NCBI GenBank assembly: GCA_040954595.2
Contig: CM082593.2
Span: 9,929,200-9,993,199, forward strand
Direction of reading: 5' to 3'
DNA from: Balanoglossus misakiensis
Taxonomy: Eukaryota > Animalia > Hemichordata
Length of the DNA: 64,000 nt
Positions 24,285 to 37,602 of this stretch are shown here, in pieces. The position numbers and the translations under genes were made by a program. The notes under the pieces were generated by a model, which ran no database searches, had not been told where the DNA came from, and saw only the letters and a list, made by a program, of their open reading frames with translations. Numbering within the stretch: the first letter of the stretch is position 1; each line of letters begins with the position of its first letter.

Positions 24285-24298
24285 ATGCAGGGAAACTT

Positions 24299-24622
24299 GG
24301 TCATTTTTTATGTCGCGGTTCACTTGGGCAAGTCTGTATACGGAGGGTTAGGGTTAGGAATCCAAATTTTTGGCCCAATTTTCAGGGTACCCTCAGCTGA
24401 CCTTTGAAGAACTTACTGATGTACTTACATAACGTAGAAGTTCCCTTTTGGTTGTTGTGTTTGTACTCGTAGGACATCCATTTCGGGTGGTTGCCTACTT
24501 CCCCATATCTCCACATCCAGAGCAAATACAGCCTACGCATTTGAATGGTACAACCCTGAATAGAGTCTAATGGTCATTATCGCTATGCTTGGACCCCTTC
24601 AATGCTGCTTGCAGCTTTAATT
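24299..24622 (+). mobile_element. 3' end of a Helentron-like element (family C)
   Basis: Similar to the HINE internal repeat (tgacctttg…cctactt…catatctc…catccagagca) and ends cttggacccc…tgctgcttgcagctttaatt. Similar ends occur at 12160-12195 and, inverted, at ~50052-50088. Confidence 0.55.
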
Positions 24623-25117
24623 ATTGTTGAAATCTGTATCTAAGGCCAGAATAGAATTCGTTTGTCAACAACAAAAATGGTCATTTCACATATTATACAT
24701 TCTCTGTTGACAAGCAGAATACTTAGCATTTCATCTTAATGTTGGGAATAGAATAGAATTGGATACCAGTAATTGATACACAAGACTAAAAATACTAAAA
24801 ACATCGCCAAAAGTGTAGTTAATGTTCCTTGAAAAGTTTTCACTCAAAGGTACAATATACCTACGGAATATGTTTCACCTGCAAGGGTCTGTGTCGACGC
24901 CAGATTGTCTCGCCGAGAAATTTACCAACCCGATTGAAAATTTTAATGGAGAACAAAAGAAAATGACACCGCGATAATCTTTTTTTTAGTCTTGAACAAA
25001 CTTGATTCCAGTGATCAAATCCCTGGCCTTTAAAGACATGAACAAATTAACCGTGACAGTGACTTTGTAATTGTCCTGTCATCACAACAGGAAAGTTTTT
25101 GTTCAGAGGGCAGTACT

Positions 25118-25702
25118 TAAAGGAACATTAGCTGTAATTTTTGGCTATTTATTTCCATATTCATGTTGTGTAAATCTACCATAGCTTCTCATATTTAATG
25201 CCATTATCATACAGAAATGTTTAGTATTTTGCCTGCCAAAACATATCGTACATGTGCAGTAATCATCGTTATTGTTGACAAATGAATTCTAGTCCAGGCT
25301 TGATTACAATTTTCAACAATAATAATTCACACGATTGTACTAATACAACTTAGTACTTCATCAAGGTTCAGGTATTCACCCTAGAAACTGTACTTGAAAT
25401 AAAAAGCAAAAATAATGTAGGTAAAATCTTACAGAGTTCTCCAAATTTTGCCTGGGTTCCCCGTTTATATCGAAGCAGGCCTCTTTTGGGATGATGGCAA
25501 TGTTACTGGGGTTCTCAATACTAGTACTAACGTTCTTCAACTTTTAGCAAAAACATTGGCTGAAGAGTTGCACACACATCATTGCATATTGCTTACCGCA
25601 ATACAACCCTCCCTGCAAGTGTACACCAACGAGCTAGGATAAGAGAAGATTCTTCAGAGCCCACAACATCTTGAGTGAATTTAACTGCTACAGATTTCTT
25701 AA
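25118..25702. mobile_element. Degenerate TTAA-flanked MITE (Kolobok-like)
   Basis: Starts ttaaaggaacattagctgtaa, ends ctgctacagatttcttaa; related starts at ~35108 and ~37748. Confidence 0.35.
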
Positions 25703-27995
25703 TGTAATGTAGATAACCGTTTCCCTGGCAATTGCTTACAGTTATTATTGTCATAGAGAATGGCCTTCATCAACACCCGCGTCTTAACATTTGGAGTTGG
25801 TGAGTTCTCTATGTGTGCCAGAGTAATCTTTATCAGCACTGTTCATTTGCATTAATCCTTTTGACTACAATTTATTACCTCATTGACCAGTGTTCGTAAA
25901 AATATGATAACAATATTTGTAAAAAAAAACAACTCACATTTATTTGTTTATTATATCAATCAATAACAACAAACAAACACACACTAAACAAGCAAGAAGG
26001 AAGAGCCCCCTGTGCTGATAAGAGAGTCGTGGGATATAGTCCCGGCATGGCCGTTTCTTTTGAGCAAGTTTAAACACTTCACTGCTCAATATGTCTCTTC
26101 ATCCAGAAGTGTTTGGTACATCTGACATCTCAGTCATTTACACTAGCTGTGTATCCAACTCTGTCTCCTGCATATTCACGTCCACAATGCACCGGATTTT
26201 GTATTTTCCTGTCATCCTTTCACACAAAAATAAAAAGCAGAAAAATATATTAACATATGTAATTGCATATAGTCACATACACCATGGTCGATGACCAAAA
26301 GATCTAATTTGTAAAACGTTGTCGATTTATTTGTGAATTAATTACAGAACTACATCACACTGCAGTACTCTAATGAAAGGCTTCCACAAAAGATGTGAAA
26401 TGATCTTCTGTTTGAAATAGACTTGAAAGTAGAGATCACAAAGTACACAGTGAGAAACCACAGGCACATTTCAGAAAATGTTTGTAACATGGGCAGTTCA
26501 GTATCTGTGCCAGAAGGTCTACGTATGAATTAATTGCTGTTATAGGACATGTAAAATTGGTCAGATATAAGACGTGTAAAAGAACAGATGTGACCCAGGT
26601 CTGGTATTACAGGTGTGTATACAGTGATGTCATTTCTGACTGTATAAAGAGCTGTGATCGCATGACTGAAACAGTGGAGTATGAATGATACGTACATGGT
26701 GTGTTCGTGTCTGTGTTGAATTGACAAGTCGTTCAGAATCATGGGTCAATTTAGCCTCGAATACAGGCACAGTTGTTTGTACATTGGTTACAATTCTCTA
26801 TCGATATGGCTCTCCTCGGTACTGTACATGACTTCTATTTAAAGTCTGCACAAACAGTGATTGGACAGGCAAATATTTGAGGCCCTGTCATGTTACCGTG
26901 TCTACAGCGCTTTATATAGCTGTCAGCCAAGCTGCTATAGTCATTGTATATGACTGCGTCACATTGAATGAACTCATTTCGGGTCAAAGGTTATGCCTTT
27001 ATATGCTGGCAATCCGGACTGCCCTATTTACAGACGCATTGTCAGAATGATTACAAAGTAAAACATGCATATATTTCAACAGGTGATTTACCTGAAGTTG
27101 CTTATAAAATTATGCTTATTATATAAAAGCGAATTATATAATAGCTTTATCAATACCAGTGAATTGTGTGACGTCATAGCTTTACATTATTACTGATAAT
27201 GTATGTGTTATTCGATGGACGCGCGACGCGCCCAAGAACCAGTGGACGTGTACAATTTCCGACTGAATAACGGAGGATTTCAAACAATGCGAACATTTTA
27301 AGGGCTAAAAAAAGAAATGCAAACGTACACAGAATAAATACGGCGATATTTATTAATTTCCAAATCTGTCCTCGGCTGGCGTTTTGTTTATTTTTTTCTT
27401 CCTACGGCTGCAGTACATGTCGTCTGCTCTTGAATCACGCGCAGTCAACATGGCTCGCTCACGCACGTAAAGCAAACCTCTCCATGATGCTGGATTTGAC
27501 ATTCGTTCACCATACATACCGTGTACCATGTACCAAGCAGTCATGTCAACGAAGCTATATGTAAAAAAATATGCCGCAAGTGTCACTTGTCATGTTGTCT
27601 ATGCGGTACGAAGGGTCGATCGAGGGCGAGTTTGTTTATGTATTGCAACCTTCCGAGCGCCCGTATACGTGAACTTTCCTGAGAACGCAAACGAATTCAA
27701 ATATTCCCCGAGTCCTCCCCAAGATTACACAAAAATCGAAACTTTTTCAGATATATTTCAGCAGAACCCTTAAATGAATTTTCACATGCGTAAATAAACC
27801 TTCATTATTTATTTCCTGATGTTTGAATATGATACTAGAAATGTACAGTACACTGACACACCTCGATCAGGTGACCTTTTGTTTACGCGTAAGCCATTGC
27901 TCTGTTCTCGATCTCCGTGTCCGAGTCTGAATTGTTTGCACCTATACTTTTTGAAGTCTGCAAATTCACTGGCATTGACAAAACTATAAAATAAT

Positions 27996-28136
27996 GAGAA
28001 TAATGAACGCCCCAAAGACCCATAATGGACTCAAGCACACATTGTGCTCCATAATAAACTCGGCTTCGCCTCGTATATTATGACGCACAATGTGTGCTTT
28101 CGTCCATTATAGGTCTTTGGGGCGTTCATTATTCTC
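27996..28136. repeat. ~140-bp imperfect palindrome, probable terminus or miniature copy of a DNA transposon (possibly Crypton-like)
   Basis: Arms gagaataatgaacgccccaaagacc-ataatggac…gcacacattgtgc…cataata and tattatg…gcacaatgtgtgc…gtccattat-ggtctttggggcgttcattattctc surround ctcggcttcgcctcg. Confidence 0.75.
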
Positions 28137-30269
28137 TAAATAGTTTATATGTGAACCAATAAATTGTAAATATAATGTCGTTCAGCAGAGACTGGGACTT
28201 CTCCGTCATTTTTATCGCACGTACAGATATTCTGTTGAAGAAAATAATACTAACATTTCTTTCATGCAAGGGTCTTCAGCTCACATAAATAAACTAGGCC
28301 TACTTAGAGCAGTTGTTGTCACTGCCAGACTGTGTTGCATTTGATGTGAAACACCAGTATCCTAACATATAACATTACGTAGGCTACCTGGTCAAGTGAA
28401 ATTCGAGGAACGTCACAATGTGACGAAAATGAGAAAATTAAAATAACTGAGAATTTGCCAAAGTTTCATGACACTGTTATAATTTAAATGCTTATATCAT
28501 ATTCATTTATTGTTTATTAAAATTCGTTTAATTGCGAAATGAGAACATTTCGTATGTCAGGTCTATGACTTTGCGTACGGGTCACAATCCCGTCGTTAGT
28601 TTTGATGTGAAGACCATACAAACAGTATGGCAGTATTTGTGAGCTATTAAACATTCCCGCCTTGTTTTGCGCTGTTCTAAACTGGTATTGTGCGCCATGT
28701 GTTTCCAATAGGGTTCAGTTGTATGCAATGTTAACTTGGTTTGTGAACAATAGCACAAATATGTACATTTTTATTATAAATACTTGAACATTTTCATGTT
28801 AAGGAGACTTCGGCTTTCCCCTTACAGACCTTTCTTGACGATCTCCGGGCATAGGCGGACAGCCCAGGAAGCATTCACTTCAAGTTTTAAACTTGTACAC
28901 AAAAGTTAAATCATTGCAACTTAAGTCTCGAACTCAGTACACTCAACACAGATTTCTAAATGACACGCCGTCAAAATGATTGGATCTACATACACAGTCA
29001 GGACACTAACTCAGTGACAGTCTATAGCAACCAACTTCATAGCAACGGCATTGATAAGGTAGAAGAATGACGTCATAGTTCTCGAGTGATTCACGCAAAT
29101 TTAATAAATTTTGTATATTTGACATAATTATTTTTACTTCCGGATTTACGAAGCTCTATTTATAATCAACAAAATCACGAAGGATGTAATAGTGTAATGA
29201 TTAAATAAAGTATACGAACAATGGAGAAATAAATAAACAAGAAATTTAAAAAATCAAATATTTAGAGAGAAATAAAACGGACAAACAGCAATACAGACGG
29301 TCGATAGGATGCATTGACCATCGCCATTGTTCTCTTATACAGCGCCCAAAGTGGCTAAGGGAATTGAAAGAAATTACAGAGAGGAGGTACGTGTTTTATA
29401 ATGGCACAATGCGAAAAATAGTGACGTGTGAAAAATATTTAACTGCTATCGTTGGTCAGGCACGACTGAGTAGATGTTGACAATACTGTGATCTGTGATG
29501 TCACACTGACCTTTGCTCTTACTGACCCACGTACATTTTATCAATACAAGATTTTGAAACCAATCTGACAATTTCAGGCTGTCGAGTGTTGCTAAACGAC
29601 GCCTGTTAAATTCACTACTGACCACCGCCACAGTTCACAAGCCTTGGACGTCGTGTGCGTCTCTCGTTCGTTCATGCAGTGACGCACGTGAGGGCGAGAA
29701 CATTACATTAACGCTGTAATAATGTACAGGTGAAGAGACACTTTCACCTTTCACAGGGAAGGGAAACATATGATTAGCAATGTTAAGACATTTTTAGAAA
29801 GTGCCTTTTATATGATGTTAAAGTTTAATAATTACATATAATGTCGCTTTTTGAATCGCTAGAAATTTGAAACACAAACACACAAGCACTGGTTGGTCAT
29901 AATTGCTCGGAAAATTGAAGTTCTAAAAAATGAAAGGAGACAATGATTGAATTGATATTATATAATATTTGAAGCCCAATCGCTCCGCTCATGAATATAG
30001 CCTATTGTGAAGGATTGGGGCTGCGGGTATTGTGGAGGCTACATCCATGTGAAAGATTAAACCATCTTCCGGGTGGGTGGGCGGTTAGCGCATCTTCATT
30101 TCCTTTATCTCTTGTATGCACCTACTTTTACTGCTCGTGTCATTGTAACGCTATTATACCATTCCTACGGCAGCCTGGCTCTATCTGTGTGAGGAATGAC
30201 AGACGTCCAGGGAACTTCTTCTTTCATTTATACTACTTAACCCCTGGCGTAATGATATCGCTACGTGGT

Positions 30270-31070
30270 TGGGCTTTGTATACTTGAAGGTATAGCTCTA
30301 GGCGCTGATACGACACTTGTGATGTTAGAGGGCGTTGTTCAATGTCTACGCTTGAGGTTGTCGGTCGGAAGAGATGTCCTCTGCTCAGATCAATACCTAA
30401 GTTCTTTGCTAATCAGATGTATTGTTCTATGCTGTTTACCGGACAAAAAAAATTGTCTTCGCATCTCTTTATCGCAAACAAATAAGATGGGCCTCCCCTT
30501 AGCGTCTTTCCAAAGGTGTGATTAAACAATAATCCGGAGTTGTCTGGAAAACGTAATATCTCTTGTGTTTTCACATTTCCCAAATCCCCAGCCCTATCAC
30601 CAGAGAAGAACAGCGCCTTGAAAAATGCTAGATCCCTTGCTAGAATGTATATTTGTGTAGTTGACTTTGCGACACCAATCTTCTGCATAATATGATGAAA
30701 TATACTGTTCATCTTTTGTATAAAGAGTGGCGGGGCTTGTTATGGTGTTACGTAAGCCTTAGCTTGCTCCTCAGACATATTTTAATGTATTTTACAACAA
30801 TGTATGCCTCTGCTGGGTTTTGTCTTGTATATAATGAGATAAAATGTTTTTAATTTGGATACCATATTTCTTAGGGTAGCAGCTTTTAAACGTTTTGGAC
30901 ACTGGCAGGGAGACACGCCGGAATGACCAAGATACTGGCACGTATCGGTGTGAACTTGGGTTTTAGCGTTCGTGTCTTTTTGAATGGGATCTGCGGTCTC
31001 GCATCTGGCTTTACGAGTTTTGTGTTACACACTAGACAGTGGGTGCTTTCACTGTCATTGGAACAACCGA
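30270..31070 (-). pseudogene. Decayed tyrosine recombinase with ALOG-type N-terminal domain (DIRS-like YR retroelement remnant)
   Basis: Fragments in order: CSNDSESTHCLVC; KTQVHTDTCQYLGHSGVSPCQCPKRL (ALOG Zn ribbon HxxxC…CxC); NPAEAYIV…EEQAKAYVTP*QAPPLF; ARDLAFFKALFFSGDRAGDLG (catalytic R); GKTLRGG; CPV; GIDLSRGHLFRPT…QRLELYL. Contains stops and frameshifts, and the HxxR/Y end is missing. Confidence 0.8.
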
Positions 31071-31581
31071 AAATCTAGCAGAAAGCCTATGGGGGAAAAT
31101 CACAAGCGTTTTTTGAAGTTGTTGTATTTTAAAACCAGATCGCGATAAAGTCAGGAATTATCCTTACCTAGGGTTCATACAGCTGTTTTACGTGCATTAT
31201 CGCAACCACGGCCACTCTAAGGACACAGGTAACGCGTTGGCAGAAGAGGCCGAAATTATTAATGGAACTCTATCCAATAAAAACGTGTTTCTCATAATCG
31301 TGTACAAATGTAAATGAACTAAATCGTTTCTTTGCCCAGCCGACTATTATTCTATTTCAACTGCAGATCGCTGTCCTGCACGAGCGTTGGGTGATTGATG
31401 GTGATTTGCTGCTCTTTTTCGGCGATGTAAATCACAGTCGAGGAGTCAAGCAGTGACCCTGTGTTTATGCATGTGTTCGTGTCCGCGTATTATCCGGAGA
31501 CTCTAGTGGATTCGAAACGGCCTGGCTGACAAAAGGACACCACTTGAACCAGTCAGTACACAGTAAACTATGACATGTTAA

Positions 31582-32240
31582 GGTGGCACTGCATGAAACC
31601 GTCGATACTTTTTCAGAGGCCTATTTCTCATCAAAGACAAAGTTAAAACCCCCATAAACCATATATATTCTGGAAGCTGAGATTTTGAACTTTTGTTTGA
31701 GTTGCAAATATTATTGATCCCCGGAAATGGTGGCGATTTTGGGTGAAAAAAAAACATTTTTTGATATTATGTCATGAAATTTAAAATAGGTAAAAAAGTT
31801 GACCATGCATCATGCATCTTAATATGTCATTCGAAACTAGAGTACACGTGCAAAAAAAACGGTAATTTTGTTTTGCGTTATCTGCTTCCATTGAGGAGTA
31901 ACAGCGTTTGAAAGTTAGATTTTTAGTAAAATTTGATCAAATTCACGGTGAGTTGTATTGAATCAGAGTTTATTCCCGCCAGGGACACTTTATCGACTAT
32001 CAAAAATACCGTTTTGTTGGATGGGTCATACACAATCCCCAGATAAAATTTGAGCAAATTCGGCCTACGCAGAGCTAAGCTATTTTCGTCTGAAGTTGTC
32101 AAGAGCAGCGAAAATGCAAACTGAGAAAAACGGCCATTTGCATTGTTGACACCTATTTGTTAAGCTGTGAACTCATTCAGAAAAGTGCTATTTTGGGGTG
32201 ATTATGCACCATTTCCGCCAAGACGTATTAGTCAGGGTGT
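31582..32240. mobile_element. Kolobok-like non-autonomous element end (inverted homologue of 36454-37173)
   Basis: TTAA|ggtggcactgcatgaaac terminus; ~650 bp alignable by eye to the reverse complement of 36530-37173. No matching second TIR found. Confidence 0.7.
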
Positions 32241-33099
32241 GGGCCTTTATAGGACACTACACTCAATTTTAATCGAAACCGTTATGAACGTCCGACAAGG
32301 GGCTTGTAACTAGCTAAAAATACACTTGATTGTGTGCACACCCCTTGTCCGAGTATGTTTATGGCAGCTACCGCCCGGCCATAGGTCGCCACGCTAATAC
32401 GGCAAAGCAGCGGTCAGCGATAGCGTGTGCGTCCTGTAACCACAGTAACTGGATCGAACGCTAAAAATGCAATGTTTTGTACACAGAGATTTTGTACCGT
32501 TCACGAAAATCCCTAAGGCTGTTTTCATAGGCCACGCATGCCAGTCAAATTTGACCTGTTTGTTGAGAACGCACTTCCGCACAGTGTGACGGATCGTTTT
32601 TTCGATTTTCGTCGTGCTAAGAAGCGATACCGGTGGAAGAGTGCGTCCAAAAACACCCAAAATCGATGACTTTTTCAGGTGTGGTACGGGTATGCTGAAA
32701 TCGTAGGATACAACGATAATATTCGAAAACAAAATCCATCGCGATCTTCCCTGGTTCAAGCAACTAATGAATACGTATCAAGTTTGTTTTTGAGGTCACG
32801 GAATAAAAAGCCTTAGGCTTTTGAAATTTGACCTTGCTAATTTGCATATCAATGGCGTCAGGGGGCGCGCGCTCACAATCGTGCAGATTTTCAACTAGTT
32901 ACCAGCCCCTTGTTAGACTCTGACAACGGCTTAGTCCAAATCGGGGTGTAATGTCCTGCAAAGGCCCATAGCAACGGGCAAAAAGATCCGGGGGACCCAT
33001 CTTAAAACTTTCATTTTTTATCCAGTTGCAGCTTACGTGCCTTTAATAGAGAGGTGTCCTGATTAGAGAGGTGTCCGTAATGACAGCTTTCACTATATA

Positions 33100-33660
33100 T
33101 TTTTGGGGTGTTTTTTGCCGTCAAACTCTTTCTCAGAACCCTCTACCTCCATTGCTTTGAAATTTGATTTGAAGGTTTCTGGGTGAGTTCTCATGATGAT
33201 TTGCAAAACCTATGATGACAGTTTTAATGTTTTGTGGGACACTGTCTTATTTATTTTTTTTTGGGGGGGGAGGCATATTTTCCAATTTTGATACAAACAT
33301 ATCATAGGTAATTTGGAACTTCCATATTTTGTACAATATTTTGTCTTATACCACAAACAATTTTATCTCACGAAGAGCAATTGCCACTAAACCCCTACTG
33401 ACATTTGTATCCACAGCAAATTCCTGCATGCTTACATAACTGGCCAAATGTTAATGAGACCAGCTGTTTTATTTGGTGTATGTACAGTACGCACATCATT
33501 GGTAGCTTATGGGTCAGTCAGTGTTAACCTGTTGATCTCTCGCTATGTGTGTGTACGTGTGTGTGTGTGTCTGTCTGTCTGTATATGGCCATGTACTCAG
33601 GTGTAGACTTTTTCTTGTGTAATCACTCAATGGGACCACCGTGTCCTTTACACGATTTTT
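33100..33660 (+). mobile_element. 3' part of a family-A-related Helentron-like element
   Basis: Ends caatgggaccaccgtgtcctttacacgattttt (same sub-TIR and hairpin layout); 33125-33355 is homologous to 54420-54710. Confidence 0.6.
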
Positions 33661-34003
33661 ACTTCTTTTTGTGCGTGTATCTTTAACAGCAACTCAAATG
33701 AGAATGTATCGTTATTTAAATTGACAAATCAGCCCATTATAGCTTGGTGTATTGCACTAGTCAATATGAAAAGTATTGCCTACCTATCTATCATGGCATA
33801 AATAGAGGTGAAATATATAATGGTATGATGCAGCCATCAAATCAGTTCTGATAGTGCCTGAAGTTATTGAATCAGTTTGAGTGATATGTCTGTTGTGTTC
33901 CTGTGCGCTCGGCCCATTTGTTCACATTTTTGCTTTCTCTGTTTTTGATATGTTTCACACTCACACTCACACTCACAGTCATCTTATATTTGTTTTTCTT
34001 CAA

Positions 34004-34903
34004 AATCTTAGAGGTGCCTCTCAGGACCCTACAGCAAGAGTCACAAGATCAGTGGCTTGCAGTGTGATTGCATCTCCAACTGGCAAATTACAGGCTGATA
34101 ATTGGCTCACAAAGCTGGTCATGCGGCTTATCCCACAACAATTACTGGTATGTACACTGTTGATTTTTGTGTGGATAACATTGTTTTTGAAAGTGAGAGA
34201 CAGTATGTATCACTATTTGTTTTCATGCATGAAGGCAGTATTGCCAAATTTCATGTGTGAGGGCACTATCACTCGATGTTGTGCCACAGAACAATGTTGC
34301 CAAATTTTAGAAGACTGGGTCACTGAATGTTAGAAATTCAAAGCAATATTATCCACTTGGCAAAATCAAATCAAACAGAATATATTAGTTACACAATTGA
34401 ATAGAATTTGCCCAATACGACAATCTATTTCTCTCCTTTAATGGGGGTCACATAGGGACCATTAAGACGATTCTGAAACGTCTCAGATCAAGTACTGGCG
34501 TAAATTATTATGTGTAAATGGTTTAACTTGGTCCTGAAACATCTCAGATTTGAGACGGCTTTGCCAGCCAGACCTGAGCTGGTGGAAAGATTAACACCTC
34601 TCCGCAACCCATCTATGGGGCTGAGCCTCAGTGCCTATACATAAACTTTGTGTGTGTGGACACAAGGCGACTCAAATGATTAATGCTCTGTGTTTACCAT
34701 AGGCAAATAGTGCCTCAAGTTTTACCCTGTGTGAACCTGGTATACCATACATGTAGCTGTATTCTATGAGTTATGTAGGTGTCAATGTTTCCCCTACAGC
34801 AATCACTGCCATGTTTTGCAACTCACGCACTGTGGAGTTCCAGTTTATGAATAACAACCAGGAAGCATACAGATCTCTCTTCAGAATAATGTCTGGAGGA
34901 TTT
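34004..34903 (+). pseudogene. MED25: MED25 ACID/PTOV-domain exons (34004-34147; ~34796-34903), apparently pseudogenised
   Basis: [71 protein letters not shown] matches human MED25 [71 protein letters not shown]. Donors GTATGT (34148) and GTAAGT (34904) are intact. Acceptors look damaged: the AG at 34798-34799 is out of phase, and cttcaa stands where cttcag is expected at 34003. Confidence 0.85.
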
Positions 34904-35870
34904 GTAAGTATTATCTTATAATTGCACTGTAAAATTGAAGGATCGTGTCAATTGTACTGCCATGCATCTGCAACTGACACTTTACATATTAAAGGCCATT
35001 TTCTCAATCCCAGGGCAGGACAATGAAGGCAAATAAGAAATCCTTTGTGTTAGCACGCAACTGTTTATTGGAAAGAAAGGTTTTGACTCACTGTTGAGTA
35101 GGGTCTTTAAAGGGTCACTGTCTGCAATTTCTATTTTTTTTAGAATTTTGTTCTGTATATCAACTGCACTTTCAAGTACAGTCAAACCCATCTAACACCA
35201 AAGGGACTGAAGAAATTGTTTGGATTGCAGGTGTCAAATTTAAAGAGGTTCTTTCAACATGTGGTTGTAGATACTCACCAACACATGTGTGTAATTAGTG
35301 AGTGGTTGCATGACATCAATGCATGACAAAAGGTCATCACTGTGTAAGACTCAGAAATAGAATTTGAATACAAATCCTATTAAACAAAAAAACTCTAAAA
35401 TTTACATGTTATTTTAACACCTGTTTACTCCTATAAAAGTGATTGCATGTGTTTGTGAGTTCTCTTCAATCTCGAAGCCATTGTTTAGGCCTTAGTTGGT
35501 GCATGCAGCTCCTAGACTTAGAAATAAAGTTTGGTTCAACTCAAAAGCCTCAAGTCCAGTTGACCATCTCACACTTCTGGCACTGGTGGGATTCAAACCA
35601 ACTCCATCAAAATGACTGCAGGTGCCTAAAACCGCTTGACTGTAGGACATAAATGCCTGACAGTGATATAACTATGTTATAATGTTACATCGACAATATA
35701 TAAGTTTGGGGATATTTTGTCTCAAATGATCAAATTGAGACAAATTATCCCCATCTTGTTATAAATCTGAGCCCAGGTGTCTTTGGTGTGAGATTTCAGT
35801 AGTCAAGAGTAGGCTTATCTTGAATAATGTAATGCTTGTAAATTATTTCTAATTTCTTCTTACCCTCCAG

Positions 35871-35993
35871 ATATGAACGAATGTCACAGTGGTGGAAATG
35901 CATGTCAACACTATTGTCAGAATACCCATGGTAGTTATCTCTGCACTTGCAGACCAGGATTCTATCTGCTGGATGATGGCCATGCATGTGGCG
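35871..35993 (+). pseudogene. Calcium-binding EGF-domain exon (phase 1-1) of an unidentified EGF-repeat gene
   Basis: ccctccag|(D)MNECHSGGNACQHYCQNTHGSYLCTCRPGFYLLDDGHACG|gtatgt; 123 nt with six cysteines. This exon is open, but its neighbour is not. Confidence 0.85.
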
Positions 35994-36453
35994 GTATGTA
36001 ACTGTGGTCTCTGTTAGTCTCTTCTGTGGCTACATTGTTTGGGGATTGTATATTACTATGGTTACAATCAGCTAAACACACATCTTGTCTTTCCATTGCA
36101 CACATTTTAAAATTTGAAATCAACAGCACACTCGTACTGACAGGGTACACAAGTTTCAGGGGATTTTGTTAAAATGAGAATGATAGAGAGTGTTAAAATT
36201 CCTAGAAAAGGATCGCCATGGATATTGAGGACTTTGGTGTAATTGATCAAGAAATATGTGGTTAAGAATATGTGTCATCTACCTCACACGATACTATAAG
36301 ACTGTCTGATATATTCATGGGCAAGTATTTTCACTACTTATATGCATAACTCAATCAAATTAACATAAATTATCAACCTATAGCTAAATAAATTACCTCT
36401 GCAAAGAATAAATATACACTTAGAAAATTCATATAGTTTTCATCTCATGTTAA

Positions 36454-37173
36454 GGTGGCATTGCATGAAAAGTTGTGATTGTTGCTAAATTTTACTTTTT
36501 TACATAAATCGGTAGGTCTAATACTGATCAACATCCTGTCTAATACGTCTTGGCGGAAATGGTGCATAACCACCCCAAATAGTACTTTTCTGAATGAGTT
36601 CACAGCTTAACAAATAGGTGTCAACAATGCAAATGGCCGTTTTTCTCAGTTTGCATTTTTGCTGCTCTTGACAACTTCAGAAGAATTTAGCTTCGCTCTG
36701 TGTTGGCCGAATTTGCTCAAATTTTAATAGGGTATTGTGTATGACCCATCCATCAAAACATATTTTTTTAGTCGATAAAGTTTCCCTGGCGGGAATAAAC
36801 TCTGATTCAATACAACTCACTGTGAATTTGATCAAATTTTTTAAAAATCTAACTCTCAAACACTGTTACTCCTCAATAAAAGCAGATAACGTAAAACAAA
36901 ATTACCGTGTTTTTTTTTTGCACGTGTACTCTAGTTTCGAGTGACATATTAAGTCAGCTTTTTTACCTAAATTGAATTTAATGACATAATATCAAGAAAT
37001 GTTTTTTTTAACCCAAAAACGCCTCGATTTCCGGGGATCAATAATATATGCAACTCAAACAAAAGCTCAAAAACTCAGCTTCCAGAATATATATGGTTTA
37101 TGGGGGTTTTAACGTTGTCTTTGATGAGAAATAGGCCTCTGAAAAAGTCTCGACGGTTTCATGCAATGCCACC
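36454..37173. mobile_element. Complete non-autonomous Kolobok-like DNA transposon
   Basis: Perfect 17-bp TIRs ggtggcattgcatgaaa / tttcatgcaatgccacc, with TTAA on both sides (36450-36453, 37174-37177). Confidence 0.85.
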
Positions 37174-37602
37174 TTAAAGACATTACAAAATGCTTCTCTG
37201 AGGGTAGAGTAATTTTTTTTACGGGTATATTCTTGATCACTAATCACCATGAATGATCATTTCAAAACTTAACAAGGCATATGGCTAAAGAGGATTCAGT
37301 GTTTGTGCACCTTCTATCTGCAATGCTAGATCTATTGACAGTTTTCAAAGGGGTTTAAAGACTCGTCTTTTTATTCAGTACTTTCTATTTCATTCCATTG
37401 CTTTTTTGGTTAATAGGGACTGTCTTTCAGAACTCTTTGGTTTGTTTCGTGTTTTTAAGTGTAATTTATTATCCTTTAAGCTTTCACTTGTTTTCTAATT
37501 TTATTATTTTCTGTAGAAAATGCACTGAGATGTATGTGTATTATGTTTGTCAGGAAATAAATAATAATAAAATTAAAAATAATAAACTGTCTTTGATTTC
37601 AG

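Noticed and set aside
24285-24298. True telomere or interstitial telomeric array
   Set aside because: Only about two TTAGGG units.
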